This document shows, piece by piece, positions 19,077 to 27,902 of a DNA stretch of 64,000 nucleotides. The translations under genes were made by a program, and so were the position numbers. Origin of the DNA: Candidatus Marsarchaeota archaeon (GTDB lineage Archaea > Micrarchaeota > Micrarchaeia > Micrarchaeales > Micrarchaeaceae); the NCBI GenBank assembly GCA_023473425.1, contig JAMCYG010000018.1:2046-66045 (forward strand), in the 5' to 3' direction. The notes under the pieces are model-generated. The model worked only from the letters and a program-made list of their open reading frames with translations. It was not told the DNA's origin and searched no databases. Position 1 is the first letter of the stretch. Each line of letters begins with the position of its first letter.

Positions 19077-19748
19077 ATGATAGCTGCCCTATTTAGCGGA
19101 GGAAAGGATTCCACCCTCGCAGTGCATAAGGCGCATCAGGAAGGTAAGACCGTAGAGCTTCTGGTTACAATGTCACCGGAGGACGCCTATAGCTACATGT
19201 TCCACAAGCCAGGCATACAATTCACACCGCTGCAGGCCGAAGCCATGGGAATAAAGCAGGTAATGGCTATTACCAAGGGTGAAAAGGAAGAGGAGCTCGC
19301 AGATTTGGAAAGGGTGCTCAGAGGAAATAATGTAACAGAACTTTTCACCGGAGCGGTAGCAAGCAGCTACCAGAAAAGCAGGATAGATGCAATCTGCAGT
19401 AGGCTAGGTATAGTTGTGCATTCTCCCCTATGGCATATAGACCCGATGGAGGAACTTAACGAACTTGCCTCAAAATTCAATGTTATAGTGACGCAGGTAG
19501 CAGCAGAAGGCTTCGATGAGAGCTTCCTAGGCGCCCGGATTGATGGCAGGATGATAGAGAAGCTTATGAGGCTTAAGGACAAATATCAAATTAACCCACT
19601 CTTTGAGGGAGGAGAAGCCGAGAGCTTTGTACTTGACGCACCATTGTTCAGGAAACGCATCAAGATAATTAGTGCTAGGAGTGTCTGGGAAGGCCAGGTT
19701 GGTAGATATGTAATTGAGAAAGCCGAACTGGTGGAGAAGGATGTATGA
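19077..19748 (+). CDS. PP-loop ATP pyrophosphatase, diphthine-ammonia ligase (Dph6/MJ0570)-like
   Basis: N-terminal ALFSGGKDS PP-loop, 223 aa, DUF71-like pattern (..SYMFH.....L.A.AMGI). Confidence 0.65.
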   Translation: MIAALFSGGKDSTLAVHKAHQEGKTVELLVTMSPEDAYSYMFHKPGIQFTPLQAEAMGIKQVMAITKGEKEEELADLERVLRGNNVTELFTGAVASSYQKSRIDAICSRLGIVVHSPLWHIDPMEELNELASKFNVIVTQVAAEGFDESFLGARIDGRMIEKLMRLKDKYQINPLFEGGEAESFVLDAPLFRKRIKIISARSVWEGQVGRYVIEKAELVEKDV

Positions 19749-19801
19749 GACCCCAGGCAATGCATTTTATTATGTAATCACAACAAATGTATGGTGGTTG
19801 T

Positions 19802-21028
19802 ATGTCTTTTATTTCAAAAAGGAGCTCGTTCGTTTACAATCCGATACTAGAAGAGGATTACGAGGCTGCCAAGCTGGCGAAGCGCGGAATAGAAGTAATG
19901 AAGCTTAACAGGGGCGACCCTGCGTATTATTTTCCGACGCCAAAGTACATTATAGACGCATATGTGGAAGCTCTGAGAGAAGGCAAGACTTACTATTCCG
20001 ATAGCGCAGGAGTGAGAGAGCTCAGGGAAGCTGTAGCTGGCAGATACAATAGGATGTATAACGTCAGTGCCAGCCCTGAAAATATTATAGCGACCGCAGG
20101 GATATCAGAAGGCCTTGCATTCATCAACAGTGCACTCATTGAGAACGGAGACAGGGCAGTCATATTCAAGCCGTATTACGTGCAGTACATAACCAACCTC
20201 ATGGAATATGGAGGGAGGCCGGTATTTGGGATTTATGATGAGAAAGACGAATGGAACATACACTTTGACCACATAAGAGGAGAGCTAAAGAAAATCAGGC
20301 GCGCTGGAAAGATAAATAGAGTAAAGTACATGATACTGACGAACCCGAATAATCCAACGGGCACCGTGCTAAGGCGCAAGGCGTTAGAAGAGATAGTGGA
20401 TATAGCGAATGAGAATGACATCGTCCTGGTAAGCGACGAGATATATGATGAAATAGTCTACAACGGTGCACACTTCACCAGCATAGGCCAGGTTGCGAAG
20501 GGGGTATCACACATAATATTACACGGCGCTTCAAAGGTGTTTGATGCTACAGGTTTCAGGCTGGGATACATGGTATTTCCAGAGCAAGACAAGAAATCTA
20601 TGTCGATAAGAGACAAGATACTCGACTATGCACAGATGAGGCTGTCCCTCAATACGCCAGCAGAGTATGCACTGGCTGAAGGGATAAGAAACAGAAAGGA
20701 GCACGAGCGCGCGATAAAGGGCATGGTATCTAGCATCGAAAAGAGAGTAAATTTTGCAACAGACATACTAGAGCGCAACGACGCAGTAAGTGTAGTAAGG
20801 CCAAAAGGGGCATTCTATATACTACCCAAACTTAAGATGGCAAGACTGCACTTTAAGGATGATAAGGATTTCGTAAATAAGGTGCTTGAAGAGGAGCATA
20901 TACAAATAGCCAGAGGATCTGGATTTGGCATTCAGGACCACTTCAGAATAGTTGCACTGGCACCAGAGAGGGAGCTCGAAGAGGCGGTTGGCAGAATAGA
21001 GGCGCTGCTCACGAAGTACAGCCGCTGA
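19802..21028 (+). CDS. class I/II PLP-dependent aminotransferase (Asp/Ala aminotransferase-like)
   Basis: NPNNPTG motif and a PLP-Lys region GASKVFDATGFRLGY. The start at 19802 is preferred because GGTGG lies 4 nt upstream; an alternative ATG is at 19787. Confidence 0.8.
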   Translation: MSFISKRSSFVYNPILEEDYEAAKLAKRGIEVMKLNRGDPAYYFPTPKYIIDAYVEALREGKTYYSDSAGVRELREAVAGRYNRMYNVSASPENIIATAGISEGLAFINSALIENGDRAVIFKPYYVQYITNLMEYGGRPVFGIYDEKDEWNIHFDHIRGELKKIRRAGKINRVKYMILTNPNNPTGTVLRRKALEEIVDIANENDIVLVSDEIYDEIVYNGAHFTSIGQVAKGVSHIILHGASKVFDATGFRLGYMVFPEQDKKSMSIRDKILDYAQMRLSLNTPAEYALAEGIRNRKEHERAIKGMVSSIEKRVNFATDILERNDAVSVVRPKGAFYILPKLKMARLHFKDDKDFVNKVLEEEHIQIARGSGFGIQDHFRIVALAPERELEEAVGRIEALLTKYSR

Positions 21029-21048
21029 TTGGTTTGCGCGCCAACCAA

Positions 21049-21060
21049 TTTATATATATT
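21049..21060 (+). promoter_or_regulatory. TATA-box-like element upstream of tRNA-Val
   Basis: tttatatatatt lies 22-33 nt upstream of the tRNA 5' end at 21082. Confidence 0.35.
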
Positions 21061-21081
21061 TCAGCGAATAAGATTTAGCAT

Positions 21082-21172
21082 GGGCTCGTGGTCCAACGGT
21101 ATGATGCCAAGTTCTTTCTGAACGCATAAGCCTTACACGCTGGAGACAGGGGTTCGACTCCCTTCGGGCCCA
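21082..21172 (+). tRNA. tRNA-Val(UAC) with 20-nt intron (21110..21129) inside the anticodon stem (position 29/30)
   Basis: Acceptor GGGCTCG/CGGGCCC and T arm AGGGG-TTCGACT-CCCTT. Removing AGTTCTTTCTGAACGCATAA gives a perfect arm CCAGC-CTTACAC-GCTGG. The junctions sit in a bulge-helix-bulge: ATGC [CA|A] GTTC-TTTCT-GAAC GCAT [AA|G]. Confidence 0.75.
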
Positions 21173-21186
21173 TTAATGCTGATAAT

Positions 21187-22473
21187 ATGCCTGTAGTAAA
21201 AGAGTTGGAGGGACTGAATGGAAGTGGAGCAGAGGATAACACTGCAAAGCTCCGGACGGAATCTGCAACAGATGGGATTTACAGCAGTGTAGACGCATTC
21301 AACTCTTACATTGAAGCAATGCTGCCGCAGGCCATAGAAAATAGAATCCATAGCCGCCTCATCAATTCCACAAAATTGTACTCCGACAGAGGCGGAGTAA
21401 AGGAAGCGGTGGAAAAGATAGAAAACGAAGTCCTTGACTATCCAAGGAGGGGGAAGGCAAAGCTCCTAAGATCTAAGATAATGTGGTTGGTTGGCAAGAT
21501 GTACGGAGCGAAAGAAGAGGACCTTCTGCTCCCTGCCATAGCTATAGAGCTATCGCAAAACTCAATACTCATAATGGATGATATTGAAGACGATGAGAGC
21601 GTGAGGAGAGGGGATGCGCCACTACATGTGAAGTACGGGCTGGGCCATGCAATAAATGCGTCAAATTACCTCAATAAGGAAGTATGGGCTACAATAAATG
21701 ACTATGCAGGTACGGCAGGCAACAAGGTGGCAAATAGATTGTATGATATACTGCAGAATTATGCGGATAGCACGTATGTAGGCCAGAAGATGGAGCTTGA
21801 ATTCTGGGATCTCAACAAACTCGACGAGGATATGTGCGAGATGATAATAAGGAACAAGACGGCAGGTTATAGCGCAGCGGCACCAGTCGAAATAGGAGCG
21901 GCGATAGCAAAGGTCAACGATAAAGTGGCGGGTAAGCTCAGCAGAATAGGAATGGCGATAGGCACTGCATTCCAGATAAGAGATGACATAGCAGATATAG
22001 AGGAGGATGTATCAAGAGGAACCCCAACATTCCTGATTTACCATACATATTCGAAGGCTTCGGCTGAAGAAAAGATGCGCCTAAGGAAAATATATGCTGA
22101 AGTAAACAAAAGCAGGATAGATATGGACAAGGAAAGAATGCATCTCTCAGATCATGAGAAAGAATATATTGCAGATATGCTGCGCAGGCATAACAGCATG
22201 GCGCCGCACCCCAAAAACAGCGACAAGAATTACATTGAGAACCTGACCGACAAGCTAGCCGCCAAGGCCCACATATCCGAAGATGACAAAAAGTATGTGA
22301 TGGGCCTAATGAAAAAATACAAGAGCGAAGAGTATGCAGTAAAGAAGAAGGGAGAGTACATGCAGGAGGCTGTGGATTTGTATATGGAGTGCATGAGCGA
22401 CGGCACCATACCAGATGATAACTACTCATCGCTCATAATAGAGATCTTCGGCAGCTATGTATACGGAGGGTAA
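21187..22473 (+). CDS. trans-polyprenyl diphosphate synthase (GGPP-synthase-like) with enlarged C-terminal region
   Basis: First Asp-rich motif LIMDDIEDDESVRRG and second Asp-rich motif FQIRDDIADIEED. 428 aa, longer than I expect for this family. The true start may be an internal Met. Confidence 0.8.
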   Translation: MPVVKELEGLNGSGAEDNTAKLRTESATDGIYSSVDAFNSYIEAMLPQAIENRIHSRLINSTKLYSDRGGVKEAVEKIENEVLDYPRRGKAKLLRSKIMWLVGKMYGAKEEDLLLPAIAIELSQNSILIMDDIEDDESVRRGDAPLHVKYGLGHAINASNYLNKEVWATINDYAGTAGNKVANRLYDILQNYADSTYVGQKMELEFWDLNKLDEDMCEMIIRNKTAGYSAAAPVEIGAAIAKVNDKVAGKLSRIGMAIGTAFQIRDDIADIEEDVSRGTPTFLIYHTYSKASAEEKMRLRKIYAEVNKSRIDMDKERMHLSDHEKEYIADMLRRHNSMAPHPKNSDKNYIENLTDKLAAKAHISEDDKKYVMGLMKKYKSEEYAVKKKGEYMQEAVDLYMECMSDGTIPDDNYSSLIIEIFGSYVYGG

Positions 22474-22541
22474 CCGAAAAAATATGGAAGTAAAAAAGCA
22501 TTTCATTAAACTATTTAAAGTAGGGCGCCGATTTATCAGTT

Positions 22542-25400
22542 ATGGACGGTGAAAATATTGATAGCCTGAAAGGCAAATGCGTAAGCTACTTTGAACTTGG
22601 GAATGGCAAGAGGGTAAAGTATTATTCCCTTCCGAAGCTGGAGGAGGCAGGCATAGGGAACATATCAACACTGCCATTTTCTATAAGAATCGTTCTTGAA
22701 TCGCTGTTGAGAAATGCCGACGGCATGGAAATAACCTATGAGAGCGTAAAGAGGCTTGCAAACTGGGATTCAACAGACCCAGGCGACGATGACATACCTT
22801 TTAAAGTTTCCCGAATACTCATGCAGGACTTCACCGGCGTGCCGGCGGTTGTGGACCTGGCGATGGTAAGAGATTACCTTTCAGGGGTGAAGGGAATCGC
22901 TGCAGGCAGAATACAGCCTCAGATACCGATTGATCTCATAATAGACCACTCCGTACAGGTTGACGCATTCGATGTGCCCAATGCACTCCAGCTCAACCAG
23001 GAAATAGAAATGAGGAGGAATAAGGAGAGATACCAACTGCTCAAGTGGGCCAGCAAGGCCTTCGCATCGTTTAAGGTATTCCCGCCATCAGCGGGCATAT
23101 GCCACCAGGTGAACCTTGAATATCTTGCAACATGCATCACTACGAAAGAGGTAGCAGGCGAACTCGTTGCATACCCTGACACATTAGTCGGCACCGACTC
23201 GCACACGACCATGATAAATGGGTTGGGTGTCGTAGGATTCGGAGTAGGTGGAATAGAGGCTGAAGCTGCGTTACTAGGTCTGCCAGTATCGTTCACCACT
23301 CCGAAGGTGCTTGGGGTAAAGCTGACTGGTGCGCTTAATGATGGCGTAACTGCTACAGACTTTGCGCTTACACTCACTAAAAAGCTGAGGGAAAAGGGCG
23401 TAGTAAACATGTTCGTCGAATTCTTTGGTAGTGGTCTGAACAGCCTGACCCTCCCTGACAGAGCTACCCTTTCCAACATGTGCCCCGAATACGGCGCGAC
23501 AATAGCAATATTCCCAGTCGACGAAGAGACCTTGAGGTACTTAGAGAGCACTGGAAGGAGCACGGAGATTACTGAGACGATAAGGAAGTATTATACGGCT
23601 CAGGGTATGCTTGGAATGGATTATAACAAGGTAAGGTATAGTGATATATTAGAGGTAGATTTAGGCTCAATAGTGCCCAGCGTATCCGGCCCAAGCCAGC
23701 CGAAGGAGCAGATGCCGCTGGGCGAGATAAGGGACGAGATGCCGCTGGGCGAGATAAGGGACGGCTTCATACGTGATTTCGTAGATCCAGACGACGGATT
23801 AGTAGAAGTGGAGAAGCCGAGCAAAGATGACAGCAGCAGGCTTTCTGGAGAAAGCGGCAACGCTGTGGAGCTTCCACATATGGCAAGCGAGCTGAAGCAT
23901 CCAAAATTAAAGTCTGTTAGGATAAAGTATGACGACGGCTATGAGACAACCCTTTCAGATGGCGATGTTGTCATATCTGCGATAACCAGCTGCACGAATA
24001 CTAGCAACCCATCAGTCATGATAGCTGCGGGACTGCTTGCAAAGAAGGCCCTTGAAAAAGGGCTACGCGTAGACAAAAGAAAAGTGAAGACCAGCCTGGC
24101 TCCGGGCTCTCGCGTTGTTACTAGGTATCTTGAAAAAGCAGGACTACTTGAGCCGCTTGAGAAGTTGGGGTATGATATAGTCGGATATGGGTGCACCACA
24201 TGCATAGGCAACAGCGGACCGCTCATAGATAAGCAGAGCGAAGCGATAAACGCGAATAAACTTGCAGTTGCTGCTGTGCTGTCCGGTAACAGGAACTATC
24301 AGGCAAGAATACATAGGGATGTTGCGGCCAATTATCTGATGTCGCCGCCGCTGCTTGTTGCATTTGGCATAGCAGGCACCGTACTAAAAGACCTAACTAA
24401 GGAACCCCTCGCCAAGAACGCCAATGGCGAGGATGTCTACCTGAAGGACATATGGCCAAGCCAGAAGGAAATAAGCGACGCGGTGCACAATGCGATAAGC
24501 GAGGACATGTTCGAGAAGGAGTATGGAAGCAACATATACGATGTTAATCAGTATTGGAATGCGCTTGAGAGCGCATCGGGAGACCTCTATGCATGGGACG
24601 AATCTAGTACCTATATCAGGCTGCCACCGTTCCTGGCAGAATATGACACCGACGCAAAGCATGAGATAGCGAAGATCAAGAACGCCGCCATACTAGCAGT
24701 CTTCGGAGATTCCATATCTACCGACCACATATCGCCTGCAGGCGCTATAGGATACGACAGCCCGGCAGGCAAGTACTTGGTAGAGCACGGCATTACTAAG
24801 GATGGATTTAATACCTACGGATCCAGAAGGGGCAACCATGAGGTAATGATGAGAGGCACATTCGCCAACAACCGCATAAGGAATCTCATACTAGATGGTG
24901 TCGAAGGCGGATACACGCTCCATTATCCTACAGGAGAGAAGCTCACCATATATGACGCCGCAATGAAATACATGAATGAGGGCAGACCTGCCGTCGTTTT
25001 CGGTGGAGTAGAGTACGGCTCGGGAAGCTCAAGAGACTGGGCGGCGAAGGGGCCGATGCTGCTTGGAGTAAAAGCGGTTATAGCGAAGAGCTTTGAAAGG
25101 ATACACAGGAGCAACCTCATAGGCATGGGCATAATACCGCTGGAGTTTATGGATGGGCAGTCATTCGACACGCTGAAGATAGACAAGGCAAAGCCCATAG
25201 ACATAAACCTTTACGAGGGCATGGAACCAAGAGCGCAGATAACTATGCATTATATAAGTGCGGAAGACGGGAAGCCGCACGAGGCAGTTCTCAAGAGTAG
25301 GATAGACACACCTATAGAGCTAGCTTACTTTAAGGAGGGAGGCATACTGAACTATGTTGCTAAAAAGATTGCTAGTGCAGATGTAAGTATACAAGCATAG
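22542..25400 (+). CDS. acnA: aconitate hydratase (AcnA/IRP type)
   Basis: 952 aa with DSHTTMINGLGVVGFGVGGIEAEA, the Cys ligand regions ITSCTNTSNPS and GCTTCIGNSGPL, plus SGNRNYQARIH and GSSRDWAAKG. Confidence 0.9.
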   Translation: MDGENIDSLKGKCVSYFELGNGKRVKYYSLPKLEEAGIGNISTLPFSIRIVLESLLRNADGMEITYESVKRLANWDSTDPGDDDIPFKVSRILMQDFTGVPAVVDLAMVRDYLSGVKGIAAGRIQPQIPIDLIIDHSVQVDAFDVPNALQLNQEIEMRRNKERYQLLKWASKAFASFKVFPPSAGICHQVNLEYLATCITTKEVAGELVAYPDTLVGTDSHTTMINGLGVVGFGVGGIEAEAALLGLPVSFTTPKVLGVKLTGALNDGVTATDFALTLTKKLREKGVVNMFVEFFGSGLNSLTLPDRATLSNMCPEYGATIAIFPVDEETLRYLESTGRSTEITETIRKYYTAQGMLGMDYNKVRYSDILEVDLGSIVPSVSGPSQPKEQMPLGEIRDEMPLGEIRDGFIRDFVDPDDGLVEVEKPSKDDSSRLSGESGNAVELPHMASELKHPKLKSVRIKYDDGYETTLSDGDVVISAITSCTNTSNPSVMIAAGLLAKKALEKGLRVDKRKVKTSLAPGSRVVTRYLEKAGLLEPLEKLGYDIVGYGCTTCIGNSGPLIDKQSEAINANKLAVAAVLSGNRNYQARIHRDVAANYLMSPPLLVAFGIAGTVLKDLTKEPLAKNANGEDVYLKDIWPSQKEISDAVHNAISEDMFEKEYGSNIYDVNQYWNALESASGDLYAWDESSTYIRLPPFLAEYDTDAKHEIAKIKNAAILAVFGDSISTDHISPAGAIGYDSPAGKYLVEHGITKDGFNTYGSRRGNHEVMMRGTFANNRIRNLILDGVEGGYTLHYPTGEKLTIYDAAMKYMNEGRPAVVFGGVEYGSGSSRDWAAKGPMLLGVKAVIAKSFERIHRSNLIGMGIIPLEFMDGQSFDTLKIDKAKPIDINLYEGMEPRAQITMHYISAEDGKPHEAVLKSRIDTPIELAYFKEGGILNYVAKKIASADVSIQA
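23711..23764 (+). repeat. tandem in-frame duplication of a 27-bp unit (26/27 identical) within acnA
   Basis: gatgccgctgggcgagataagggacg occurs at 23711-23736 and again at 23738-23763. This encodes MPLGEIRDE followed by MPLGEIRDG. Confidence 0.9.
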
Positions 25401-25410
25401 GCGTGGTTGG

Positions 25411-26754
25411 TTGATGCAGAAGCGCTACGATGTTATAATAGTAGGCGGAGGAATAACTGGATGCGCTCTATTATACACCCTTAGCAGGTACACGAGCATA
25501 AAGAGCATACTCCTCCTCGAGAAGTACGATGCGCTTGCCATGCTGAATTCTAGCGCTTCTAGCAACAGCCAGACGCTGCATTTTGGCGATATAGAGACTA
25601 ATTATACAAAAGAGCACTCTCTCAAGACGAAGGAAGACGCGGAAAGAGTGCTGTATTATGCTAGGCGGCTGCACGGTGATGCGAAACGCAGGATAATAAT
25701 GCCGGTGCAGAAGATGGTCCTTGGTGTCGGAAGCGAGGAAGTGGAAGGCCTTGAGAAAGGATATCATTCCTGGTTGAAGAACATATTTCCGGGCCTTAGC
25801 CTGTTAGGCAAAAAGGAGCTAGAAAGAATAGAGCCCAATGTAGTGAATGGAAGAGACAAGAGAGAAGAAATAGGCGCGCTTCTTTCTGATAAAGGTTACA
25901 TGGTAAACTTCGGCCTTCTCGCGAAACAGCTTGCGAAAGATGCAAGAGTCAGGGGGAAGAAGATTGACATCATACTCGGAGCAAGGGTAATTGAAGCAAC
26001 GCCACGTGTATCAGGATACAAAGTTCTCACTAACAAAGGTGAGTTCTATGGGGGCTTTGTGGAATTCGCTTCTGGATCCTACAGCTTGTACTTCGCAAAA
26101 TCCATGGGTTATGATAAAGGGCTCACAATTCTATCCATAGGCGGTAACTTCTTCTACTCGAAGAAGGTACTGCGGGGAAAAGTATATAGGGTGCAGAAAG
26201 GAGGCATCCCATTTGCTGCAGTTCACGGAGATCCAGATATAACCAGACCAGGCATAACGCGCTTTGGCCCGACAGTCACAGTTCCGCTAGAGCTCGAGAA
26301 GGGGCATCCAGAGACTTTCACAGATTATATGAAGGTGTTCGACTTCAACGAACCGACCTTCGAGAGCATATCCAACATACTATTCAACAAGGACATAGAA
26401 AGCATACTGAGGAGAAACGCAGTATACGCGCTACCCGAAATAGGCAGATACGAATTCCTGAAGATGGAAGCGGGAGTTATTGTTCCTTCCCTCAAAGTAG
26501 GTGATCTCCATTTCGCATCAGGCACAGGAGGCATACGCCCGCAGATAATAGACGAAAAAAAGAGGAACCTGCTTCTGGGTGCATCTAAGCTGTATGGGGA
26601 TAACGTGGTATTCAACATTACCCCCTCTCCAGGAGCGAGCTCTGCACTGGGGAGCGGCTTGGAGGACTCGATACTCATATCTAAGACCTTAGGCGCAGAA
26701 ATGCTTAGGGAAAAATATGAGAAAGAGATGGGACCAATAAGCAAATCAAAATAA
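25411..26754 (+). CDS. FAD-dependent oxidoreductase, malate:quinone oxidoreductase / L-2-hydroxyglutarate oxidase-like
   Basis: N-terminal YDVIIVGGGITGCA dinucleotide fold. SNSQTLHFGDIETNYT and PSPGASSALG resemble Mqo-family motifs. It sits inside a TCA gene cluster. Confidence 0.55.
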   Translation: MMQKRYDVIIVGGGITGCALLYTLSRYTSIKSILLLEKYDALAMLNSSASSNSQTLHFGDIETNYTKEHSLKTKEDAERVLYYARRLHGDAKRRIIMPVQKMVLGVGSEEVEGLEKGYHSWLKNIFPGLSLLGKKELERIEPNVVNGRDKREEIGALLSDKGYMVNFGLLAKQLAKDARVRGKKIDIILGARVIEATPRVSGYKVLTNKGEFYGGFVEFASGSYSLYFAKSMGYDKGLTILSIGGNFFYSKKVLRGKVYRVQKGGIPFAAVHGDPDITRPGITRFGPTVTVPLELEKGHPETFTDYMKVFDFNEPTFESISNILFNKDIESILRRNAVYALPEIGRYEFLKMEAGVIVPSLKVGDLHFASGTGGIRPQIIDEKKRNLLLGASKLYGDNVVFNITPSPGASSALGSGLEDSILISKTLGAEMLREKYEKEMGPISKSK

Positions 26755-26865
26755 AGTGATAAAGGCGATTAGACGAATTACAGCCTTAGGTGCCACAGAT
26801 GCGGAAAAGTCTATGATTCGGGGTACAGCTCGCAGATATGCGACAGCTGCAATGGCATACTTGAA

Positions 26866-27837
26866 GTGATGTATAAAGGTAAGCCTGATCCCAAATCATT
26901 CGACTGGAGGAACTTCTGGAGCTATACAAGCGTACTGCCAAAATCCAAGTACAGGCACTTCGACGTTGGTGGGACGAAGCTCGCGGTGGATGCAAGACAT
27001 GAGGGGTTTTACCTCAAGATGGAAATCAACAACCCTACAAGATCATTTAAGGACAGAGGATCTGTCATAGAGATAGCGAAGGCGGCTGAATACGGCTACA
27101 AGGAAGTTGTCTGTGCATCTACAGGGAATATGGCATATTCCGTCTCGTATTACGCGAAGCTGTACGGTATGAAAGCGAAGATATTCATCAGCGACAACGC
27201 AAGCAAGGATAAGATAAAGGACATAAGAAGCGTCGGCGACGCGATAATAACGAAGGTCAATGGCGATTTCAATGAAGCCCAGGATAGGGCAATTAGGTAC
27301 TCGAAGAGCAGAAAGGCATTCTTAGCTGGGGATTATGGCTACAGAAAGGAGGGCCAGAAGATTATAGCATATGAGATAATCGCAGCAATGCCTTCAGTAA
27401 AAACGATAATTGTGCCGGTAGGCAATGCCACACTTCTGAGCGGCGTGTTTAAGGCTATGGAAGAGATGAAAAGAATTAATATGATAAGCAAACCGCCGCT
27501 TGTGATAGGGGTCGAGGCAGCAGGCTGCAATCCTTTGGAAGAAGCGGTAAAAAGCAGAGAGGGCGTGCGCTACAGAAAGCCAAGGACCGCTGCAGATGCG
27601 ATAGCTGTCGGCTACCCAACATTCGGTGGTCAAGCCCTAGAATACATAGATAAGTACAATGGAATGGTAATCAGCGTCTCCGACAAAGAGATGAAAACTG
27701 AGCAGAAAGAACTGTACGACTCTATGGGCATAATAGCAGAGCTGGCGGCAGTTGCAGGCATAGCCGCCTACAAGAAACTCAGAAAGCGCATCGGGGAGGG
27801 CCCAGTAGCCAGCATCCTGAGCGGAGCGAATGTGTAG
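26866..27837 (+). CDS. thrC: threonine synthase-like PLP enzyme (5' boundary uncertain, see finding)
   Basis: NPTRSFKDRGS PLP-Lys motif and fold-type II pattern. An in-frame Zn-ribbon (YSLRCHRCGKVYDSGYSSQICDSCNGILEV) lies upstream at 26779-26865 with no ATG/GTG/TTG. Confidence 0.7.
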   Translation: MMYKGKPDPKSFDWRNFWSYTSVLPKSKYRHFDVGGTKLAVDARHEGFYLKMEINNPTRSFKDRGSVIEIAKAAEYGYKEVVCASTGNMAYSVSYYAKLYGMKAKIFISDNASKDKIKDIRSVGDAIITKVNGDFNEAQDRAIRYSKSRKAFLAGDYGYRKEGQKIIAYEIIAAMPSVKTIIVPVGNATLLSGVFKAMEEMKRINMISKPPLVIGVEAAGCNPLEEAVKSREGVRYRKPRTAADAIAVGYPTFGGQALEYIDKYNGMVISVSDKEMKTEQKELYDSMGIIAELAAVAGIAAYKKLRKRIGEGPVASILSGANV

Positions 27838-27902
27838 CTAGCATAAGCACTGCTAGTGGCAGGAACGCGCTTAGTTATATTATCTTAGGTTGTCGAAGTT
27901 TC

